Below, piece by piece: positions 44,845 to 54,283 of a stretch of 64,000 nt of DNA. The DNA is from Bdellovibrionales bacterium. GTDB taxonomy: Bacteria; Bdellovibrionota; Bacteriovoracia; Bacteriovoracales; Bacteriovoracaceae. The position numbers and the translations under genes are program-made. Within the stretch, counting starts at the first letter, position 1, and the number at the start of each line of letters is the position of its first letter. A model generated the notes under the pieces. It ran no database searches and was not told the origin of the DNA. It saw only the letters and a list, made by a program, of their open reading frames with translations. The stretch is taken from the NCBI GenBank assembly GCA_018646675.1, contig JABGUH010000039.1:3833-67832 (forward strand), given 5' to 3'.

Positions 44845-45894
44845 ATGACAAATCTATATGGCTTTACATTTATGCGAGGAGTTGATCGACTGGATTACCC
44901 ATATATGGAGATGCTAAAATCAATGTCTGGAATCACTTCCAAAATATATGTGGCACTAGGAGAGTCATCAGATCAAACAGCAGAGAAAATATCCACTCTG
45001 GCCAATGTTGAGATCATTAAGACCACCTGGGAAGATAGATATATGGGTGATGGTGGTAAAATTTTCGCTCAGCAAGCCAACATCGCTCTTGACAAGCTAA
45101 GAGCAGCGCATGGAGATGAAGAGGATGCGTGGGCACTTTTTCTCCACTGTGATGAAATAATCCACCCGGATGAATACTCTAAGCTTTTACAAGATCTGCA
45201 GCTAGCGATCTCAACTGGTGCTGATGCTATCCGTTTACGATTTCTTCACTTCTGGAAAGATCACTACCACATTGCATCCAATAAGCGATGGCAACCTGCA
45301 GAGATACGCCTTTTTAAGCTAAAATCAGATATATTATGTTACGGTGATGCTCAGGGTTTCCACCAGTATCAAAAACAGATTGATAGTGAAGTTAACCTCT
45401 TTCACTACGGACATGTACGGCCAGCAGAGCAACATCGCTTAAAGCAAGAAGAGATAATGCGCAGGATTCGGCCGGCCAATAAATTTAACAAGTACTGGAA
45501 GCGTGAACGCAGAGCATTTGCTAAAACTAAAATGTTAGCGATTAATTGTCACCATCCTAATTTTATGCGTCCGCGAATAGAGCGACTTAACGACCAATTT
45601 GACCTACCAACAAAAAAGGTCATCCACTTAGTTGGCAATCCAGACGAATATAGCAATTATTTTAAAGATCATATCAATGTTGAAAACATCTATTGGCACC
45701 AAGTAGTACAAGATGTCCCTGCTGCCGAACGAAAAGAGAGAATGGTTATTACCCAACCTCGTTTTTGGCAACACTTACTTTATCAGCAACCCCTGAGTGT
45801 AAAGATGGAGTCTCCAAGCGCCGAAGAGTGGAGCAAGGATATGGAGCTACTTCTTCGTTTATCAGATAAGGGATACTCCCAAAAAGGATCATAA
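44845..45894 (+). CDS. Hypothetical protein, possibly a GT-A-fold glycosyltransferase-like enzyme
   Basis: 349 aa, ending 1 nt before rmlA and co-directional with it. It has no Rossmann GxxGxxG, so it is not RmlB. An acidic HCDE segment ([14 protein letters not shown]) could be a DxD-like site. The functional call is weak. Confidence 0.3.
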   Translation: MTNLYGFTFMRGVDRLDYPYMEMLKSMSGITSKIYVALGESSDQTAEKISTLANVEIIKTTWEDRYMGDGGKIFAQQANIALDKLRAAHGDEEDAWALFLHCDEIIHPDEYSKLLQDLQLAISTGADAIRLRFLHFWKDHYHIASNKRWQPAEIRLFKLKSDILCYGDAQGFHQYQKQIDSEVNLFHYGHVRPAEQHRLKQEEIMRRIRPANKFNKYWKRERRAFAKTKMLAINCHHPNFMRPRIERLNDQFDLPTKKVIHLVGNPDEYSNYFKDHINVENIYWHQVVQDVPAAERKERMVITQPRFWQHLLYQQPLSVKMESPSAEEWSKDMELLLRLSDKGYSQKGS

Positions 45895-45895
45895 G

Positions 45896-46765
45896 ATGAA
45901 AGGAATAATTCTTGCCGGTGGTTCTGGCACACGTCTTCACCCGGCCACCCTATCTATTTCAAAGCAGATCGCCCCAGTTTATGATAAGCCGATGATTTAC
46001 TATCCTCTATCAGTGCTAATGCTTTCAAATATTCAGGATATTCTGATTATCTCAACCCCAAGAGATATCACTAGTTTCCAAAACCTCTTTGGAGATGGCA
46101 ACCAACTGGGCCTAAATATTTCGTATGAGGTTCAGCCATCCCCCGATGGCTTGGCCCAGTCATTTATCATTGGTGAAAAATTCATTAGAAATGACAATGT
46201 CTCGCTTATCCTTGGAGACAATATTTACTATGGACATGGGATGAGTAACATACTTGAAGAGGCGGCAATGTTAACCCACGGGGCAAAAATATTTGGCTAC
46301 TATGTTAACGACCCAGAACGATATGGTGTTGCGGAGTTTGATAGTGACCAAAATGTAATTTCAATTGAAGAGAAGCCTAAAAATGCAAAATCGAACTATG
46401 CAGTAACCGGATTATATTTTTACGATAATGATGTGGTCGAAATTGCAAAAGCAGTGAAACCCTCCTCCCGTGGCGAATTAGAGATCACTTCAGTCAACCA
46501 GGCATACCTCGAAATGGGGAAACTGCGAATGGAGCTCCTCGGCCGTGGATTTGCCTGGTTAGACACCGGAACACATACATCATTGCTAGATGCCTCCAAC
46601 TTCATTCAAACCATCGAGAAGCGGCAGGGGCTTAAGGTGGCTTGCCTAGAGGAGATAGCATTTTCAAAGAGCTGGATCGATGCCAAGCAAGTGGAACAGA
46701 CTGCAAATGCTATGATTAAAAGTGACTACGGACAACATTTGCTTAGAGTTTTAAAGGATAATTAG
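45896..46765 (+). CDS. rfbA: Glucose-1-phosphate thymidylyltransferase
   Basis: The N-terminus is [18 protein letters not shown]. Also [23 protein letters not shown] and FAWLDTGT. 289 aa. Confidence 0.93.
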   Translation: MKGIILAGGSGTRLHPATLSISKQIAPVYDKPMIYYPLSVLMLSNIQDILIISTPRDITSFQNLFGDGNQLGLNISYEVQPSPDGLAQSFIIGEKFIRNDNVSLILGDNIYYGHGMSNILEEAAMLTHGAKIFGYYVNDPERYGVAEFDSDQNVISIEEKPKNAKSNYAVTGLYFYDNDVVEIAKAVKPSSRGELEITSVNQAYLEMGKLRMELLGRGFAWLDTGTHTSLLDASNFIQTIEKRQGLKVACLEEIAFSKSWIDAKQVEQTANAMIKSDYGQHLLRVLKDN

Positions 46766-47314
46766 ATGGAATTTATTAAAACAGAGATCGAGGGTTTAAC
46801 TCTAGTAAAACCTCGTGTTTTTGAAGATGACCGTGGCCATTTTTTTGAAAGCTATAATCAAGAGTCAATGAAGGAAGGTGATATTAACTGTAACTTTATC
46901 CAAGATAACCAATCTTACTCTTGTTATGGAACCATTCGAGGTATGCACCTTCAAACCGGAGAGTATGCACAATCAAAGCTAGTCAGAGTTATCAAAGGTG
47001 CAGTTTTAGATGTGGTGGCCGATGTCAGACCCCAATCCACTACTTTTGGCAAGTGGTTCTCAGTAAAATTAACAGATAGTAACTACCAACAACTTTTTAT
47101 TCCGAAGGGAATGGCCCATGGTTTTGCAGTTCTCTCTCAAGATGCCATTTTTCAATATAAGGTAGATAATTACTATCACCAACTGAGTGAGAGCGGATTT
47201 AAATTTGACGATCCAGAGCTAAATATTGACTGGTTACTTCCCATAAATGAAAGGATTACTTCCAGCAAAGATCAAAAATTGCCAAGTTTCAGCGATTTTA
47301 GGAATAGTCTATGA
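46766..47314 (+). CDS. rfbC: dTDP-4-dehydrorhamnose 3,5-epimerase
   Basis: 182 aa. Motifs are FEDDRGHFFESY, RGMHLQ, KLVRVIKGAVLDVVAD and FIPKGMAHGF. Starts at the base after the rfbA stop. Confidence 0.9.
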   Translation: MEFIKTEIEGLTLVKPRVFEDDRGHFFESYNQESMKEGDINCNFIQDNQSYSCYGTIRGMHLQTGEYAQSKLVRVIKGAVLDVVADVRPQSTTFGKWFSVKLTDSNYQQLFIPKGMAHGFAVLSQDAIFQYKVDNYYHQLSESGFKFDDPELNIDWLLPINERITSSKDQKLPSFSDFRNSL

Positions 47315-48171
47315 TTTACCTGTTGGGTGCAGATGGTCAACTTGGCCAGTCAATTCAGAAAGTACAAGCTACAAAACAGCAGATTCGTTACTTAACACTA
47401 AACGATTTGGATATTACCAACCAACAATCACTTGAAGTTTTTTTTGATAACCTTAGCAGCAGTGACTTTATAGTTAACTGTGCAGCCTATACCTCAGTTG
47501 ACAGTGCAGAAGATCACCCCGAAATTGCGTTTGCGGTCAATGCCCATGCCACCTCTCACTTAGCACGCCTTTGTAACGCAAGTGGATCAAAACTGATCCA
47601 TATCTCTACTGATTATGTTTTTGATGGAAAAACAGATGTTGCGTATAAGGAGTGTGACCCGACAAACCCTTTAGGAGTTTATGGTCGTTCAAAGCGATTA
47701 GGGGAACAAGAGATTATCAATGCCGGTGGAGACTTTTGTATTATTCGAACAGCATGGCTATTTTCCGAATTTGGCAATAACTTTGTTAAAACCATGTTAA
47801 CTCTTATTCAGAGAGAGGAGATATCTGTCGTCAGTGATCAAATCGGATCACCCACCTATGCCCCTGACCTTGGGTTGGTGATTTTTGATATTATTAATAA
47901 TTTCTCCAAATGCAACCAACAAATTTTTCATTTCTCAAACTCCGACCGCTGTAGCTGGTACCAATTTGCGAGAAAGATACTTGGAAACGAAATAACTATC
48001 AATCCGGTTACCACGGCAGAGTATCCAACCAAGGCAAGAAGGCCACCATACTCACTTCTAAATACTGATAAAATCTCTACCACTCTTAATATAGACATTC
48101 GCAACTGGCAAGACGCCCTGATAGATTGTCTCAAAGAGCTAGGTCATGACAACCAAGAAAGCAAACGTTAG
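47311..48171 (+). CDS. rfbD: dTDP-4-dehydrorhamnose reductase
   Basis: 286 aa. Motifs are LLGADGQLGQ, NCAAYTSVD, STDYVFDG, YGRSKRLGE and RTAWLFS. ATGA overlap with rfbC. Confidence 0.9.
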   Translation: MIYLLGADGQLGQSIQKVQATKQQIRYLTLNDLDITNQQSLEVFFDNLSSSDFIVNCAAYTSVDSAEDHPEIAFAVNAHATSHLARLCNASGSKLIHISTDYVFDGKTDVAYKECDPTNPLGVYGRSKRLGEQEIINAGGDFCIIRTAWLFSEFGNNFVKTMLTLIQREEISVVSDQIGSPTYAPDLGLVIFDIINNFSKCNQQIFHFSNSDRCSWYQFARKILGNEITINPVTTAEYPTKARRPPYSLLNTDKISTTLNIDIRNWQDALIDCLKELGHDNQESKR

Positions 48172-48238
48172 TTACAATAGTAGTTGGTATCAACAGATGG
48201 ATAGGACGAACGTAGATAGGTCGCCCCCATAACAACAA

Positions 48239-48265
48239 CGGGGAGCGGCCAATGACCGCTCCCCG
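48239..48265. terminator. GC-rich hairpin between convergent genes (possible bidirectional terminator)
   Basis: cGGGGAGCGG-ccaatga-CCGCTCCCCg forms a 10-bp stem. On the + strand it is followed by GTTAAAAAAAA. On the - strand it is preceded by a T8 run and followed by GTTGTTGTTAT. Neither side has a textbook U-tail. Confidence 0.45.
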
Positions 48266-48281
48266 TTAAAAAAAACAGTTC

Positions 48282-49076
48282 TTAATTTTGGCTACAACTA
48301 ACTCTACAGTTACCATGTGATTGTTTACAATCACGAAGAGCAAGCCTGCGAGCAACATTTACATTGCGATTAGTGGCGACATGTCCACCTCTCCACCAGT
48401 GCTCTTCCCAACCTGTATCTGTGGCAGTACATGTCCATTGACGATAGTTATTACCACCACCGTTTCCACCGCCATTTCCGCTCACCTGACAAGAAGCGAA
48501 TGGGTTTTGACCATTGTTTTGACGACGAGTTAGATCATTTTGACATTTGGCCATGGCACGTCGACAATTTCTAGCAGTAAAAGTATCAATTGTTCTTCCA
48601 CGTCTAGTCTGCATCTCTGCACTACAGCGCCGCCCTCCAACAAAGTTATCTTCTAGGATCAATACCACTTTTTTGATTTTGATATTTCCTTTTAGCTTCA
48701 ACTGCCAAACCCCTTGTGAGTTGTAGCTTTGAGGATTCTGTATGCGTACTCGGTAGAAATTACCTCCACGATTAAATTCAGAGGGATATCCATCAAGTGT
48801 TTGAGCGTAAGATAGAGCACCTCCAACTTTCAACTTAACTGTCCCCATACCATGCTTGGACTTACCAACTACTACTGCTGCAACTAGCTGGCGCCCTTGA
48901 GATACAATACCATGCTGTTGCCGCAACTTTTGTCGTAGTTTAATAGTTTGCTGTCCACGAAATTGCTGTCCGCCAAAACTAAGCTGAACCCGCTCTCGCC
49001 CTAATGCATCAGCACTACTGGTTAAGCCCCAAACTGCAGCCGCTACAAGTGTCATCGATGTAAATAACTTTCTCAC
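48282..49076 (-). CDS. Hypothetical secreted protein with a beta-rich N-domain, Gly/Asn linker and two Cys-containing C-terminal modules
   Basis: The track ORF starts at 49193. I prefer GTG at 49076, after GGGGAG, giving VRKLFTSMTLVAAAVWGLTSSADA (signal peptide). The linker is SGNGGGNGGGNNY. Two modules each carry 4 Cys (..ARNCRRAMAKC.. and ..ARRLALRDCKQSHGNC..). Confidence 0.45.
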   Translation of the reverse strand: MRKLFTSMTLVAAAVWGLTSSADALGRERVQLSFGGQQFRGQQTIKLRQKLRQQHGIVSQGRQLVAAVVVGKSKHGMGTVKLKVGGALSYAQTLDGYPSEFNRGGNFYRVRIQNPQSYNSQGVWQLKLKGNIKIKKVVLILEDNFVGGRRCSAEMQTRRGRTIDTFTARNCRRAMAKCQNDLTRRQNNGQNPFASCQVSGNGGGNGGGNNYRQWTCTATDTGWEEHWWRGGHVATNRNVNVARRLALRDCKQSHGNCRVSCSQN

Positions 49077-49339
49077 TTTCTTCTCCCCTGGTTGTAATTG
49101 TCTTCTTAAGGCCCCCATGGCCAAACTAAAGATCGTATAATCTGGTAGCTTGCAACTTGGATGCCAAAAAAAACAGAGAGTAGCTGGTGTCAAAGGTGGT
49201 TCAAATGATAATGATAGGACTCAAAGTGACACCAAACAGAGAATATTATGACACTTACCGTGATTATTTAACTATTGTAAGAGCTGGGATAAAGGAGATC
49301 AGACTCCTTGACTGCAAAGGGACGCGAGTAGAGGGTTGA

Positions 49340-50785
49340 TCAAAACTGCCCCTCTCCAACTTTTATAATTTTTAATGAGTTGGTAGTACCCCGCTCTCCC
49401 AAGAGATCCCCTTTGGTAACAATCACTAGCTCCCCCTTTTTGACTACTCCACGCGCCATCAACTCATCAACAATCTCCCGGTTGGCCTGATGATGGTCGG
49501 TGGTACCATTACTCAAGTCAAAATCCACCGGATAGACACCTCTCAACAGAGTAACCCGACGTTGGGTGGAAGCGTGGCGCGAGAGAGCGTAGATAGGTAG
49601 GCCAGAGCTAATCCGCGACATCCATAGAGTGGTGGAGCCAGACTCGGTTAGGGCGGCAATCGCCTTTACTCCTAGGTGATTGGCGGTATACATAGTGGCC
49701 ATGGCAATTGCCTCATCAGCTTGAGTAAAACGGGTATTGATACGGTGGTTTGAAGTTGTGGCCACTCGCTGCTTCTCTGCCTCGATGCAGATACGATCCA
49801 TCGCCTCCACCACTTCAATTGGATGCTTGCCTGTTGCAGTCTCCGCTGAGAGCATGATGGCATCGGTTCCATCCAGCACTGCATTGGCAACATCAAACAC
49901 CTCGGCCCGAGTAGGAATGGAGTTGACGATCATCGACTCCATCATCTGAGTAGCAGTAATTACTGCCTTGTTCATCTGACGGGCCCTTTTGATTGCCCTC
50001 TTCTGTACCGGTGGTAGCGCTGCATCTCCGATCTCAACACCTAGATCTCCGCGAGCAACCATTATGGCGTCAGCGGCATCAATAATCTCATCAAGCACCT
50101 CTATCGCCTCTTGGCGCTCAATTTTTGCGATAATTCCACACTTGACACCACCGGCACGATTGAGCATTTTTCTAGCATAGTAGACATCTTGAGCGTGACG
50201 TACAAAGGAGACGGCCAGATAGTCGACCCCCATCTCTACCGCCAGCTTGATATCTTCTAAATCTTTATCCGTTAAGGATTTAGCACTCAGGCCACCACCT
50301 AGGCGATTAAGCCCTTTGTTACCCGAGAGTTTACCTCCAGTAACAACTCGACAGTGAATGCGACTTTGATCAATCTTTTCAACTTCAAGCACTATTTGGC
50401 CATCATCTAGCAGTACCTGGTCAGCAGGCAACAGATCTTGAGGAAGATTTTGGTAGAGACAGCCCACCACCTGATCATCCCCTTGATCCGCAGCGAGTTT
50501 CGGATCAATAGCGAAAGACGCCCCCGCCTCCAGATATATCTCACCATCTTTAAAGGAGGTAATTCGAATTTTAGGCCCTTGTAAATCAGCGATAATCCCC
50601 ACTTGACGTTCGCATGCTGCCGCTCTTTGACGTAGCAGTGCTGCCTTGCCGAGATGATCTTCAGAAGTACCGTGCGAAAGATTGATACGTACTACATCCA
50701 CCCCCGCCTTAATCAGTCGATCTAACACTTCTGGTTGATCAGTTGCCGGGCCCAAGGTTGCAACAATCTTAGTTCTTCTACTCAT
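49340..50785 (-). CDS. pyk: Pyruvate kinase
   Basis: 481 aa. Motifs are MSRRTKIVATLGPAT, RINLSHG, DLQGPKIR, MVARGDLGVEI, ATQMMESM and MLSAETA. Confidence 0.93.
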   Translation of the reverse strand: MSRRTKIVATLGPATDQPEVLDRLIKAGVDVVRINLSHGTSEDHLGKAALLRQRAAACERQVGIIADLQGPKIRITSFKDGEIYLEAGASFAIDPKLAADQGDDQVVGCLYQNLPQDLLPADQVLLDDGQIVLEVEKIDQSRIHCRVVTGGKLSGNKGLNRLGGGLSAKSLTDKDLEDIKLAVEMGVDYLAVSFVRHAQDVYYARKMLNRAGGVKCGIIAKIERQEAIEVLDEIIDAADAIMVARGDLGVEIGDAALPPVQKRAIKRARQMNKAVITATQMMESMIVNSIPTRAEVFDVANAVLDGTDAIMLSAETATGKHPIEVVEAMDRICIEAEKQRVATTSNHRINTRFTQADEAIAMATMYTANHLGVKAIAALTESGSTTLWMSRISSGLPIYALSRHASTQRRVTLLRGVYPVDFDLSNGTTDHHQANREIVDELMARGVVKKGELVIVTKGDLLGERGTTNSLKIIKVGEGQF

Positions 50786-50819
50786 AGATTGATCCTATGT
50801 ATTATAATTATTAAAACAT

Positions 50820-51773
50820 TTAATTAGGGGAACGATCGAGATAACGTAACCTCTTTATACTTCGCTGTAATGTCTGACGAGGAATCCAGATATTTCCTTT
50901 TTCACACTGATAATCTTGGTGATAGCTCCTATAGCTACAACCCTTACCCCAGCTATTGCGTAGCAGGTATTCACAACTCTTCTTTATACTATTCCATCTG
51001 CGACCAACAATTGATCCTGCATGCCCACCTTGGCGGATTCTATTCTTCGGATTCTTAAACATAATTAATGGGAAAGAGATCGCCGAGAGCTTCCGCTTGT
51101 TTAGCTGCTGATCAATCTTCTTGATTAAGGTGGCACTCGTTCTTTTTGAACCAACAAGTTGCTTTACCCGAAGACTCTTATCTTTGTATTTAGTAATTTT
51201 ATAGCAACTCTTCCCCACCACATCAGACAGTTTATCCACCTGACTATTTCCCTTTTTCAATAGATTAATAATAGTAAAAATCGTGTAGATATCGATATTG
51301 TGATTGTCAACCAATCTAAGTGCTCGCTTTCTAGCGGCAGAATTACACCAACGAAGATCCCCTCCTCCCTCAATCGCAATGAACTCTCCCAGATTTTTTG
51401 CCTCTATCGGTACCCATGCAGCTTCATGATCCTGCTCTAAACAGAAGCCCTGTTCAAGTGCAAACCTAAGTGCTTTGGCAGTTGAACCACCATGGCCCGT
51501 TTTGCTAGTATATCTGCGATGTAGATTGTAGTTTAAGGAGATATATTTAGGAGCAACAACCTTTCCAATCTCATGAGTCAAAAGGTCTGCTGCAACGTAG
51601 GAGTAACAATCTTTAATCGTCCACTGGTTCCAGACTGGAGGAAGTTCATCTCGAAGATCTACCGGGGAACACTGCTCCTCAACATCCGTTTGGGCAGCTA
51701 CCGTAACCGATAACCCCAGTAATAGAATTATCAAAATTATGACAATATCTCTTGGCATTAACATAGCTAACAT
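50820..51773 (-). CDS. Secreted papain-like (C1-type) cysteine peptidase, divergent
   Basis: 317 aa with a signal peptide. The papain catalytic set is in the right order and spacing. Gln lies 6 residues before Cys (VWNQWTIKDCYSYVAADLL). His is in GGHAGSIVG. The Asn-Ser-Trp-Gly box is LLRNSWGKG. Confidence 0.6.
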   Translation of the reverse strand: MLAMLMPRDIVIILIILLLGLSVTVAAQTDVEEQCSPVDLRDELPPVWNQWTIKDCYSYVAADLLTHEIGKVVAPKYISLNYNLHRRYTSKTGHGGSTAKALRFALEQGFCLEQDHEAAWVPIEAKNLGEFIAIEGGGDLRWCNSAARKRALRLVDNHNIDIYTIFTIINLLKKGNSQVDKLSDVVGKSCYKITKYKDKSLRVKQLVGSKRTSATLIKKIDQQLNKRKLSAISFPLIMFKNPKNRIRQGGHAGSIVGRRWNSIKKSCEYLLRNSWGKGCSYRSYHQDYQCEKGNIWIPRQTLQRSIKRLRYLDRSPN

Positions 51774-51933
51774 ATCGGATCAGTTGGAATTTTCTTGATT
51801 AGGCTGAGACAAACCGACCGATTTCGTCAGTTACAATAGAGGGAATAAATGCGTGATATATCGCTACAAATTTTATAAAATATAGAGTCTAGCTGACAAT
51901 TTATACCTCGATCATCCGGCGAAGGAAGTGATA

Positions 51934-52527
51934 ATGAGAAGTTGCCTCTATGTTACTCTGCTCTGTTTAATATTTGTTATCAGGGCAGAGGCGGCCCCCC
52001 CTAACACCACCCAAGAGAGTTTTTTTAATATTCTCTTTAATATCCAATTCCAGGATACCTTTAAAATTGCAGATGAGGTCTTTAACGGCAAGGGCCGTAG
52101 CTACCACGGAGAGTGGAGCATGATTGGTCACTTCGTAAGTGATGATGGAATAAACAACGCCTTCCATGATAGAGATAACTTTAGCTCTGGTGAAGATAAC
52201 GACCTATCCCTGCAACTGATACTAGATAGCGATAGTAAGATGGTGCAGATAAATGATCCCAGCAGAAATATATCAGATACAGTTCCAATAGATGTCGAAA
52301 TAGATAATATCGGTAGAGTCAGTAAGTTTCAAATTAGCATGCAATACATTAAGCCTTTTTTAGACCTACAGTTTTTAAGCGAGTTTGGAGATTTTGTGGC
52401 CCAGCAATATGGGTTTGACCACACGTTAAATCGCTCAGTCAATATACCTTCAAACTACCGCTGTTATCTTCGTCGAAAGGTTTATCGCTGTTTTACTGAC
52501 CTAAAATTTATCCATGGAACAATGTAA
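51934..52527 (+). CDS. Hypothetical secreted protein
   Basis: The ATG at 51934, after GGAAG, gives MRSCLYVTLLCLIFVIRAEAAPP (signal peptide). About 175 mature residues. No family recognised. Confidence 0.45.
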   Translation: MRSCLYVTLLCLIFVIRAEAAPPNTTQESFFNILFNIQFQDTFKIADEVFNGKGRSYHGEWSMIGHFVSDDGINNAFHDRDNFSSGEDNDLSLQLILDSDSKMVQINDPSRNISDTVPIDVEIDNIGRVSKFQISMQYIKPFLDLQFLSEFGDFVAQQYGFDHTLNRSVNIPSNYRCYLRRKVYRCFTDLKFIHGTM

Positions 52528-52547
52528 AAATTCTTAATAACAAGCCA

Positions 52548-52928
52548 TTACGGAATAAGGGTAAATGCGTTAAAATTATTATTAATACATGATTGGTAGG
52601 AAAAAGGGATAGCTCCATTTAAACCATTATAACAGGTCAACCTATAGATGGGGACTCCACGCCTAATCAAAGTCCTTTGGGCATTTGTAAAGTTTCGATC
52701 AATACAGTTAGTGAAAGTGCGACTTAAACTCTCTTGATTATCATTAAAACATTGCTCAAAATAGAGAGTATTTCCGAAAGCTCTATCAATGGCATTAAAG
52801 TTATTTTGAATACAGCGAATAAAATAGTCAGATGGCCGATCACCATAGTTGATACAGTACGGAAGCTGGTAGAGAGCAGCAAAACCATTTATATGGATCG
52901 CGGCCAGTAGTAATAACCATATTTTCAC
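52548..52928 (-). CDS. Small secreted protein with three Cys-containing repeats
   Basis: 126 aa with signal peptide MKIWLLLLAAIHINGFA. The triplicated unit is C-(9-11 aa)-F-x-x-C-I-x-x-N-F-x-A (FIRCIQNNFNAI, FTNCIDRNFTNA, YQSCINNNFNAF). Confidence 0.5.
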   Translation of the reverse strand: MKIWLLLLAAIHINGFAALYQLPYCINYGDRPSDYFIRCIQNNFNAIDRAFGNTLYFEQCFNDNQESLSRTFTNCIDRNFTNAQRTLIRRGVPIYRLTCYNGLNGAIPFSYQSCINNNFNAFTLIP

Positions 52929-53073
52929 AACTAAACTCCCTTAAGCGGTATAAATATCAGCTAGGATACAACCTCTGAATGAATAGATTAATGATATTTT
53001 GGAGGGGTTGATATCGACGATATTAGTATCTGTCAAACATCCTATCAATTTTACACTCGATATGTAGAGATGG

Positions 53074-53754
53074 TTACTCCCTCTTTAGATAGTAGCCAAC
53101 ACCTCTTTTAGTAATAATTAAATCTGCAATTAACTTTTTCCTAAGTGATGAAATATGCATTTCCAATGCTTTAAAGCTCATTGGCTGGTTTTGATCTCTA
53201 CCCAAGAAGCAGAGATCCTCCTTGGTGATTACGATATTGGAAGACTTTGCCATTTTATACAGCAGATTAAACTCAATCAATGTCAAATCCACTTCCAAGC
53301 TTGAATCACCCGTCCTAATGTAACAAGAGCGTGTATCAGGTGCTATGGTGAGATCACCAAAATCCAATTTTCCGACCTCACGGCTTTCAAGACTACGGAT
53401 ATTTTTTCTCAACATTGCTCGAATAATATCAAAGTTAATCGGTTTCAAAATAAAGTTGGAAGCACCTAAATTATAAGCCTTAACCTGACTTGCTATCTCA
53501 TCATCAATTGACATCACAATCACACGATTATCAATATTTTCCTCTTTTTGCAGAAGACGCAAAATATCTAAGCCAGAATACCCCATTAGATTTATATCGA
53601 TAATATACAGGTCAAAACTACGCTGTGCTATCTGTGACATTCCATCTGAATAAGATGGTGAATAGGTAAATCTCGAATTCAATTCATCCTTGAACTGGTG
53701 CTGCATCAACATCAGCAAATTCTTATCATCCTCTATCACTAAAATATTTTTCAT
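53074..53754 (-). CDS. OmpR/PhoB-family response regulator (REC plus winged-helix)
   Basis: The ATG at 53754, after GGGAG, gives MKNILVIEDDKNLL. The acceptor Asp is in LYIIDINL, with FILKPINF following. The C-terminal wHTH is LTLIEFNLLY...LEMHISSLRKKL...RGVGYYL. Confidence 0.85.
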   Translation of the reverse strand: MKNILVIEDDKNLLMLMQHQFKDELNSRFTYSPSYSDGMSQIAQRSFDLYIIDINLMGYSGLDILRLLQKEENIDNRVIVMSIDDEIASQVKAYNLGASNFILKPINFDIIRAMLRKNIRSLESREVGKLDFGDLTIAPDTRSCYIRTGDSSLEVDLTLIEFNLLYKMAKSSNIVITKEDLCFLGRDQNQPMSFKALEMHISSLRKKLIADLIITKRGVGYYLKRE

Positions 53755-53944
53755 ACTAATCTCCCATAATTTCAATATAATACCAGAACTAACAGAGTAT
53801 TCCTCAGTTTTTTATGGGTATTTCCTGGGTTTTTACTTACCTGGATCGGTTATCTTTGAACCTTGATAAAAAAGAGCATTGGCAGCGAACACTACAGAGT
53901 TCAAAGGTTATATTTCCCATAACCTTTTTTAAGGTGGAGAGTAC

Positions 53945-54283
53945 ATGACCCAAAATAGATCGCTCGATAAATTAGTTAAGCAAGAAGTCTGCTTTGTCGA
54001 AAGTCTGATTGAGCTAATGCCAGGTTATCTGATCAATGTAACCGAGGACTATCAAAAACTAAGTGAATCCATTGTAAAAAAGGATGTTATTGGGGTGCAA
54101 CAGGTTGTACACCGAGTACGAGGGAGTGCCATATCATACGGTTTTAGTGTGATTGATACGATAATGGATAATATTCAAATACTATCTCAAGATGACAATT
54201 TCAAATTAATGGATGAACAGGCTGCTGGACTCAAACAATACCTTAAGAACATTAAAAAGGCACTAGAGGATAGGGGTGAGTAA
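53945..54283 (+). CDS. Stand-alone histidine phosphotransfer (Hpt) protein
   Basis: 112 aa and helical, with the Hpt-type motif VVHRVRGSAISYGF (H-x-x-K/R-G-S). It overlaps the next gene. Confidence 0.6.
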   Translation: MTQNRSLDKLVKQEVCFVESLIELMPGYLINVTEDYQKLSESIVKKDVIGVQQVVHRVRGSAISYGFSVIDTIMDNIQILSQDDNFKLMDEQAAGLKQYLKNIKKALEDRGE

